A stretch of 64,000 nt of DNA, taken from assembly GCA_964016885.1 (NCBI GenBank), contig OZ024741.1, forward strand, positions 19,840,001 to 19,904,000, in the 5' to 3' direction. The translations under genes were made by a program, and so were the position numbers. This DNA comes from Eledone cirrhosa (lineage: Eukaryota). Positions 55,499-64,000 of the stretch are shown piece by piece. Each line of letters opens with the position of its first letter. Within the stretch, counting starts at the first letter, position 1. A model generated the notes under the pieces. The model had not been told where the DNA came from. It made no database searches and worked only from the letters and a program-made list of their open reading frames with translations.

Positions 55499-55835
55499 GT
55501 TCTTTGAGTCTCAGTCATTGATGTTAGTTAACTGGAAAGTTTGTTGAAATGAATATCAAGCCACTACCTGCAGCCTCAGATATTCAGGACGTATCGGAGG
55601 GTTCTTGCTGTTCCCAGAAAGCATGCCTTTTGAAGTGTTCCAAAAAGCGGGGCGGGGACAATTTTCTTTAACCATCCCTAGAAACTTTTTGAGATAGTTC
55701 CTAGTGCGCCTATGACAATCGGGATCACTTTGACTTCATGGCAGTTCCAAATCCTTTTTACCTCCCACTTTAAGTCCTGGTATCGGTTAATTTTCTCCCT
55801 CTCCTCTTGCACTCTCGTGTCGAATGGGCAGGCCA

Positions 55836-55837
<2 letters not shown>
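55498..55837 (-). mobile_element. R4/Dong-like LINE 3' end inside (TAA)n
   Basis: Reverse complement of 32890-33226; flanked by TTA repeats on both sides. Confidence 0.85.
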
Positions 55838-55914
<77 letters not shown>

Positions 55915-55929
55915 GTTATTATTATATTA

Positions 55930-56341
55930 TTACCTCTTCGGTGATGCCCTCATTAACTTTTTCAAATTTCATTTCAAAAGGAAAATCAGGGTAGAGAGGG
56001 AAGTGTTCTCTTCCCAGCATTTTGTTGAAAGATGGGTGAGAGAAGCAAGTATGGCCCGAGTGAATGGGCCTACTCTGAGTATATATCTGTAAATTAAAGG
56101 TGGAAAACTGGGAGAGGGCACTTTCCCTGGTGGTCAGGGTCACTGTGGCCTTTTAATGGGCTTTCTCCACAAATGTCCCTCGGTGTCTCCCCCCTATTGG
56201 GGAATTTTTCATTGTTATTTTTTGTTACATCCTCTGTTTTTGTTTTTTTACACGCAGAAATGCCCATTTGTACCGTCCTGTATTGTCCTGTACTGTCCTT
56301 AATGTCTACTTTATGTAAACCCTTGTGGTTAATATGAAAGC
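55930..56341 (+). mobile_element. 5'-truncated Tx1 copy (last ~410 bp)
   Basis: Highly similar to 61971-62387, with scattered substitutions. Confidence 0.9.
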
Positions 56342-56583
56342 ATTATTATTATTATTATTATTATTGAATGCTATGGTTGACGGAGGCTCGGCTCTGTAAG
56401 GTATTGTAAATTTTGAACACTATAACAATTGTAAATTGTTTAAAACTTTAACGAACTTGTAGACAAAAACACCCTCCTCCTCGTGAGAGGGGTCTTTCTG
56501 TCCGTTATTTGGCCCTTCGGGGTTAAATAACTGCTTATTGGGGTTTTGTACCCAATATTTATTTTAAACAAAAAAAAAACAAC

Positions 56584-58695
56584 ATGGCTACGAAAAAGAA
56601 ATTTCATAGGTCACTCCCACTCATTCCGTCTTCTTCTTCCTCAATCATCACTACAGGAGAGAGAAGATTGTCTCTCTCCCTCCCTTCTTTAAATGTGTCT
56701 CTCTCCCTCCCTTCTCTTTCGCAAGCGACGAAAGAAAAGAAAAGTCTCGTGCAAAGCGTGCAAGGTTTCTCCACGACGACGACGACAGCGACGAAACAGG
56801 TGTGCGGGAAATACGAAAACCCAGTTCATTCGTCTGACGTCAGGAATAATAGCAGTAGCAGCCGTAATAACAACAGCAACAGTGACAATGAAAACAACAG
56901 TAGCAGCCGCAACAGCATCACCAGCAGCATAAACAACAACAGCATTAGCAGCAGCAACACCAACAACAACCACAGCAACAGCGGCGGAGGCAGTAGTCGT
57001 AGTACCTGCAGCAACAACAAAAGTACCAGCAGCTCTGACGACAACAACAACAACAACAGCAAAGAAAAACCAATCTCATTTGCAGGTATTGCGAAGAACT
57101 TGGAAACAATCCTCATAACAAATGAGGAATTAGAGGAAGCGAAGAAGATGGTGACAAAGAATGGACACCGAGCAATCTGCAAGGCAGCGGAAAAATCTTT
57201 CGAAACCCAACAGCACTGTACGGTCACGTACCGTACAGTAAGTACAAAATCCCGTAGGGTGGAAAGAGCCACAGAGGCTCAGATACAAAAAGCCTTGGGG
57301 TCTGTGTGGCAGCGGAAAACGCACATCACCCGAGGCAAAAAATATGCCACCGTAGACGTACTTTTTGCCACACCCCAGGAGGCAAAGGCCCAATCAGTAG
57401 TGACCCTAAGGAGCGAGGAAATGGTGTTGGTGCCCTCCTACTGCGGGCAAAAAATTGTGAGGGTCAAACTGACCCACGTCCCCCCCCCCCCCCCCGGAAT
57501 GGCCCCTTCTTGGCTGGCCGCGTCTGTCCTCGTCGGAATCGAGGACAAAACAACTGTACTGCAAGTACAGAAAAAAGTAAGAGAAGATTGGGTAGGCACC
57601 TCCATTGAGATGCTAATCCAAACCAACCAGGAGTGCATCGAAGCTATCCCGGATGTGATAGACTTCGATAACGGCACTCAACTGCCCATAAGTGTTGAAG
57701 GAAAACGCCCGAAATGCTTTCGCTGTGGATCGAAGACTCACCTCAGGGCCTTCTGCAACGAGAAGACCCTGAGAAAGGAGAAAACCCCCCTCCTTCCAAA
57801 ACCGGCTCCACGGCTACCAGCAACAGGACAAGCGGCAACCAGGAACGATAGGTCCGTGGCACCCATACCCACGCCAAGGAAATCAAAAACAGCAGCAGCA
57901 GTGGAAATATTAACAACAACAACAGCAATACCAAATGCAGCTGCAACAGAGACTCCAGTGCAAACATCACCAACAACAACAAGTGAAAGAGTGGAGCTGG
58001 TACCCCTCCCCGACCTCACAGAATCAGACATGGAGTGTGAGGTGGGAGAGAGATGGCAAAAGGTCGTAAGAAGTCACAAACGCAGAAGCAGCGCATCGTC
58101 GCCTTTGAAAAGGGAGGAAAGAAATGAGAAAAGGGTAAAGTCTACTGCAAAGAGACCCACAGCATCAACACCACCAACACCATCACCACCCACACTAGCA
58201 CCACCATCACCACCGGCGACAACCCCACCGCCAACAACACCTTCAACACCACCACCACAAGCACCAACATCGCAAACACAACAACAAAACACACACACCC
58301 AGCAACAACGACAAGAAAATAGCAGAACCACACCCCACCCCCAGAAAAACAAATGCACGGCAATATATACACACAACAAGAAACTAATGACTTACATAAT
58401 TGAACACACAGACATTTCATAACACGACTACATAATACCAGCACCAATCAAAACGCCAACTAACATAAGACTGCTAAAAATAGCAGAGAAACAATACACA
58501 AACATTAAAACGAAATTCCCCAACGCAGTTGGTGATTTCAGGGACCTAGGAGGAACTATCAATCGAAGAGTATATTCAGACATTCTCATAGAAGAGCCGA
58601 CGACCAGCCGAAGGGACGATTCAACGGTCCCTTCACCAGACGATCAAGTGAAAAGGGATGTAAAAACCATCCCTCCTCTACGAAAAGTACGGTAA
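56584..58695 (+). pseudogene. Tx1 ORF1 (gag-like nucleic-acid-binding protein with CCHC knuckle); one internal TAA at 58420
   Basis: CFRCGSKTHLRAFC zinc knuckle; the frame stays open after the TAA until 58695. Confidence 0.85.
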
Positions 58696-58730
58696 GTGGT
58701 CTTTCCCATCTTTTCCACTCTATTTTAAAC

Positions 58731-61700
58731 ATGACCTCACTCAGAATAGGCAGCATAAATGCGCGTGGCTTGGGGTCGTCATGGAAGCAGGGTCACCTGC
58801 TCAACGACCTCAGGTCACTAAACATAGATGTAGTGGCCATCAGCGAGACTAGAATTTCCGAAGCACGGGCCTTCGCACCGATCTTCGGCGGCTACGATGT
58901 GTACGCATCTCCCAGCCGTCCTGGATCGGGGGGAGGAGTTGCTGTGCTTTTTCGGAGAGGTTTGGATCTCGCCATACGGGTCATCTTCCTGGACCCAGAG
59001 GGTAAGCTGGTGGTGCTGGACGTGACCAGCGGAGACGGGCAAGCTTTCAGGCTAGTGGCCGTCTATGCCCCGACAGGAGCAGGGCAGCCTGATTTCTTCC
59101 GGCGTCTGGAGACCTTTCTTGGAACGTCCCGCTCTTTAGTGTTAGTGGGCGACTGGAACGGGATCTTAGATGCACGCTGGGACTGTGTGGGATTAGCGGA
59201 TAGGGGTGGAGGGTGCAAGAGCCTCACCAACCTGCTCAGGCGTTTTGAACTGTCTGACAGGTACCGATTGGATTTCCCGAATGTGCCAATGTGGACTTGG
59301 ACAAACTGCATAGGGTCATCCAGATCATATCTAGATAGAGTATTTTGTAGGGAAATAGATAGGTCTAGCATAGGCTGTCCACAATTCAAGATAGTCAGCT
59401 ACACGGACCACAAATTCGTGATCTGTGTGCTTGACTTAGATAGGCTTCATAGACGAGGACCCGGCTACTGGAAGCTAAACGCGTCCTTACCAGCGCGCAA
59501 GGCCTACAGAGACCGGATTAGCGAACTAGTTAAGCGAGCGTTGACGGGGGCCATCGTCAACAACAAGTGGTGGTTTGCTCTGAAAAGAGCGATTAGAATA
59601 GAATCGATTAGGTTTAGTAAGGCTTTAGCAATAGAGAAAAATAGTTAGAAAATTAGACGAGGCGCTTAGCAAAGGCATTGCGACCGACGTGCTTGCGGCG
59701 AAATTGGCCCTTGACCAATTCTTCAATGCAAAGCACGAAGGCTGCGTTGTCAGAGCAAGGGTGCGTGCTCTTAGACACGAGGGGGCGAAAGCCGTTTAAT
59801 GGGCCCGAGTGGCGGAGGCGCGTCGTGGCAACAAAGCCACGATCCGGTCTTTGGTGGACCACGACGGGCGCATGCTACTCGATCCCGGGCAAATGTGTGA
59901 AGCTTTTCAGCGACACTTCGCTCAGCTGTTCGGGGGCAGCGGTGGGCCGGGTCGAGGGATGGACTTTAGTGTCTACCTCGACGGACTGCCGCGGCTCTCG
60001 GCCACTGAGGCGAAGTGTTGCGAAAAGCCGATAACAGCCGCTGAAGTAAGGGAGGCAATGACTGGCTGCACAAGGGGTAAATCGCCTGGTTTGGATGGTC
60101 TGCCCTATGAACTTTACGTACAGATGCCAGACTTGTTCGGAGGCATCTTGGCGGACGTCTACTGCAACTGGCAACAGAACGGGAGAATTCCCAGTTCTGT
60201 GAGCCGAGGAGCGGTGGCACTGCTGAGAAAGGATCCAAACAAGGGGGATAACATAGATAATTTCCGGCCCATAACTCTGCTAAACACAGAGTTCAAGATT
60301 TTGGCCAAGGTGTTAGCAAAGAGGTTGGCGCTTGTCGTTGGTGGTCTGGTGGGAGAGGCGCAGACATGCGCCATTCCCGACAGATCCATCTACGACAACC
60401 TCCACCTCATGCGATACATCGTAGAGAGGGTAGCTAAGGAACCTGGAACGGGTGGGTCCTTGATCAATTTAGATCAGTCGAAAGCTTTCGATAGGGTCGA
60501 CCATCGTTACCTAGCGGCAGTCCTGAGGGCGGCTGGCTTTGGGCCCGTCTTCAGAGGCTGGATCGCTGCCATGCACAGCGACATCTACTCTGTGGTGAGA
60601 GTGAACGGTCACCTGTCGGAACCGTTCAACATCATGCGCTCGGTCCGCCAAGGATGTCCCCTCTCGTCCCTCTTGTACGTATTGACTCTCGAGCCATTAC
60701 TGCACAAACTGGAGACGTTGAGAGGAGTCCCGCGCGAACTAGGATGCGGAAGATCCGTCTCAGCATATGCGGACGATGTCACCGTAGTGGTGTCGAACGC
60801 CAAACACATCGAGGCGATCGGCACTACACTAAGAGAATACGAAGCGGTGACAGGAGCAATGATCAACCAGGAAAAGTCAGTGGGCCTGCAGCTCGGCACC
60901 TGGAGAGGCAGGTCCATGCCGTCCAACAGCGTCGTCGGACGCTGGACGGACGGACCGGTTAAATTGCTAGGGGTCTGGTTCGGTCCGGACCTCCAGACGG
61001 ACAAAAACTGGGACGAGGTGACGAGCAGGGTGGCTTCTCTCACCCAGAAATGGGCCGAGAGGAAGCTATCCCTGAAAGGTCGAGCGGAGGTGGCTAACGC
61101 GTACATCGCGTCCGTCATCTGCTACCGCCTGACCGTCGTACCTTGTCCTAAGCCTCGCCTGACTGCGCTGGAGCGTTTGCTCTTTCGCTTTTTGTGAAAG
61201 GGACGCGCTCCGATGGTCAGGCGGTCCATCTGTTGTCAACACCCGCTACGTGGAGGGCTGGGCATGCCGTGGCTGATGATGCGCAGGCACGCGCTCAGGC
61301 TACGACATCTCCACCTCTTCCTCGACGGTGATCAGGTGTGGTCGCCGTTTGCTAGACACGTATTTCCCCAGCTCGTTTCCTTGACGGAGCTGCAGTCCTG
61401 GGTCAAGCGAAGACCGAGAGGGAGCGCCTGGAGACTGGAATGTCTTCAGGCGCTCACAGCCCTCGACCAATCGGGCAATGTGATCGGTGGAAACTCCACC
61501 TCGGCGTTCTATAGAGGATCAGTGGAGGGGAAGAGCGACGACGTACTTGGGGAAACTCTAGGCGTCGACGAAAATCAACTAGCCAATCTCTTCGGAAGAA
61601 CTTTCGGGCCAGGGCCTATGGACAACTTCCAGAAATCTCTGGCCTGGCAGTGCTACCGAGGAGCCTTGCCAGTTCGGGATAAACTCTACAGGCATGGAGG

Positions 61701-62133
61701 TGCCGTCAGCCGGGCATGTCCGAGATGCGCGCAGGGCGACGAAACCGTCATGCACGCACTCGTCCAGTGTCGGAAAATTGCTGACTTGTGGGTTTATGTC
61801 GAACACCTGCTGTCGCGTTTAGGACGGATCCGGCTATCATCTGAGTCCATCGTGAGGATTGCCCCGCCCTCCTCCTTTAGCCAGGAAGGGCAGGCAGTTT
61901 TTATCTGTCTGGTGGCCATGGCGAAAGAGATAGTATGGTGGACACGTTTGAAAGGGCTGAAGACGAACACTTACCTCTTCGGTGATGCTCTGATTGACTT
62001 TTTCAAATTTCATTTGAAAAGGAAAATCAGAGTAGAGAGGGAAGTGCTCTCTTCCCAGCATTTTGTTGAAAGATGGGTGAGAGAAGCAAGAATGGCCCGA
62101 GTGAATGGGCCTACTCTCAGTATATATCTGTAA
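58731..62133 (+). pseudogene. Tx1 ORF2 (APE endonuclease, RT, Cys-rich domain); frameshift at ~59645, TGA at 61195
   Basis: GSINARG, SETR, GDWN, YLDR, TDHK; KSPGLDG, FRPITLLN, DQSKAFDRV, RQGCPLS, AYADD; CPRC..ETVMHALVQC. Confidence 0.93.
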
Positions 62134-62749
62134 ATTAAAGGTGGAAAACTGGGAGAGGGCACTTGCCTTGGTGGTCAGGGTCATTGTGGCTTTTTATTGG
62201 GCTTTCTCCACAAATGTCCCTCCGAAGTCTCCCCCCTATTGGGGAATTTTTCATTGTTATTTTTTGTTACACCCTCTGTTTTTTTTGTTTTTTTACACGC
62301 AGAAATGCCCATTTGTACCGTGCTGTATTGTGCTGCACTGTCCTTAATGTCTACTTTATGTAAACCCTTGTGGTTAATAAAGAAATCATTATTATTATTA
62401 TTATTATTATTAATATTATTATTATTATTATTATAAATTGGCTTCTAAACTCTATGTTGTAGCTTATATTAATTTCCAACAGTAAGCGGTCGGGAGCACT
62501 AGTTTGATAACGACCAAAATCAGAAATGATGACGTCATCATCACTAGTTACCCCTAGTCAGCTTCTGTTGGAACACACTAGATGACGCTATGCTATCGGT
62601 TTTCCAATTCATAGCTGAAGGCCTTCAAAGTGTTTATTTATAAACATACCGTATGTTGCCAGATATACAGTTTCACGTATTTCATATACAAAGCTATGTT
62701 AGAATTAATGCCCTTATTATATATATATGTACATATATGAAAAGATTCA

Positions 62750-62838
62750 GTTCCCCGACGGCTGAGCTCCGGCCGTTTCGAGTATTGAGTACTCTGGTGC
62801 GTTATGGTCCACCTGGTATCTTACTACACCCTCTTTGT

Positions 62839-62924
<86 letters not shown>

Positions 62925-62960
62925 GAAATGGCTGGAGTTCAGCCATCGGGGCCCTGACTT

Positions 62961-63020
<60 letters not shown>

Positions 63021-63056
63021 AAGTCAGGGCCCCGATGGCTGAACTCCAGCCATTTC

Positions 63057-63149
<93 letters not shown>

Positions 63150-63345
63150 ATATATGGAACAAGTAAGACCCCGACGGCTGATCTCAAGCCGTTTCGACGG
63201 CTAATTCTGGTCCAGAATTAACCGTCGAAACGGCTTGAGCTCAGCCGTCGGGGTCTTACTTGTTCCTATTACCCACTCTACTACCCTAAGTATTGAGTAC
63301 TTTGGTGCGTTATGGTCCACCTGGTTCCTTACCACATTTCCTTCG

Positions 63346-63348
<3 letters not shown>
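62750..63348. mobile_element. Cluster of short fold-back PLE-type remnants with HHR 3' halves
   Basis: Palindromes 62860-63145 and 63156-63266; GAAACGGCT..AGCCGTC half-core; tail TATTGAGTAC..TGGTGCGTTATGGTCCACCTGG at 62783 and 63291. Confidence 0.65.
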
Positions 63349-63425
<77 letters not shown>

Positions 63426-63726
63426 TATAAAGTAAAGTATGTCCAGAGAATTATTTGATAATATATATACATCATTTCTTCTCCCAATTAGCATAATTAA
63501 CCACACAAAAAATCAATTAGACCAGGCTTTAAGATTAAAAGGCACCTATGAAGAAACAGTAAATAAATACACGACTGCTACGTCTTCGCGGCCAACCGCT
63601 ATAGAATAAATACCCAACATTTCAACAGCACGTGGAAATTAATTAAATATACGGTCAACCATACACAATTGGGTATAAAATTAAAGTTAGAAATGCTTAT
63701 ATACATACCAGGATTAAATCACTAAA

Positions 63727-63803
63727 TCCCGACCCATGGGTTTCGCTCTCATTTTGAGATATCCTATTAAGGATAAATCTCGAGTTTAGAGCTCTTCAGG
63801 GGA
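63727..63803 (-). ncRNA. Type I hammerhead ribozyme in PLE-type remnant (63420-63955)
   Basis: Minus: tccc-CTGAAGA-gctct...agagc-GAAA-CCCATGGG-TC-ggga; palindromic stem III. Confidence 0.85.
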
Positions 63804-63954
63804 CAAACTCGCTAGGACAAATTATTTTCTGAAGTGGCCCCCGCCAAACACGAATTCAAAATGGCTGAGAACTGTGACGTGGCAGTGGTCAAGTCAGAAA
63901 GAATGTGATTGGTTGCTTACGGCGAGTGGGCTGGTTGCTAGAAAGCGCAGGCCA

Positions 63955-63989
<35 letters not shown>

Positions 63990-64000
63990 AAATAAAGTAA

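Larger units (their letters stand above)
56366..62435 (+). mobile_element. Near full-length Tx1/L1-clade LINE flanked by (ATT)n
   Basis: 5' UTR, ORF1, ORF2, 3' UTR with AATAAA at 62376, ATT tail. Confidence 0.95.

Noticed and set aside
61195-61197. Programmed readthrough of TGA in Tx1 ORF2
   Set aside because: Best explained as a TGG>TGA mutation at an expected Trp (FLWKG); the copy has other lesions.
55930-62387. LTR retrotransposon (410-bp direct repeats flank the element)
   Set aside because: The repeat is the LINE's own 3' end with its own tail and multiple differences; APE-RT ORF2, no integrase, protease or PBS.

Overview
Eukaryotic, AT- and microsatellite-rich animal DNA. The repeat repertoire suggests a cephalopod (octopus-like) mollusc, which is an inference. 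No host protein-coding exon can be supported, and most ORFs in the supplied track are artefacts of (TA)n/(CA)n/(GA)n/triplet repeats. The window is an accumulation of retroelements: a near-full-length Tx1/L1-clade LINE (56.4-62.4 kb) plus a decayed relative, CR1-, RTE-, R4/Dong- and CRE-like LINE fragments, tRNA-derived SINEs, mariner remnants, a TIR element with GC-rich cargo, and many Penelope-like elements (PLEs). The PLEs include one Neptune-type, one large Naiad-type fold-back, and many short palindromic remnants whose pseudo-LTRs carry type I hammerhead ribozyme (HHR) motifs. The most striking feature is a ~3 kb tandem array (21.95-25.0 kb) of a ~420-bp non-coding unit. Each unit carries a type I HHR motif (catalytic core intact in 4 of 7) with an extended stem I, several further hairpins and an invariant octamer ATGCAAAT, and most units also have a splice-donor-like motif. 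This is a candidate retrozyme / self-cleaving circular-RNA satellite. All calls are by eye; no database search or folding program was run.
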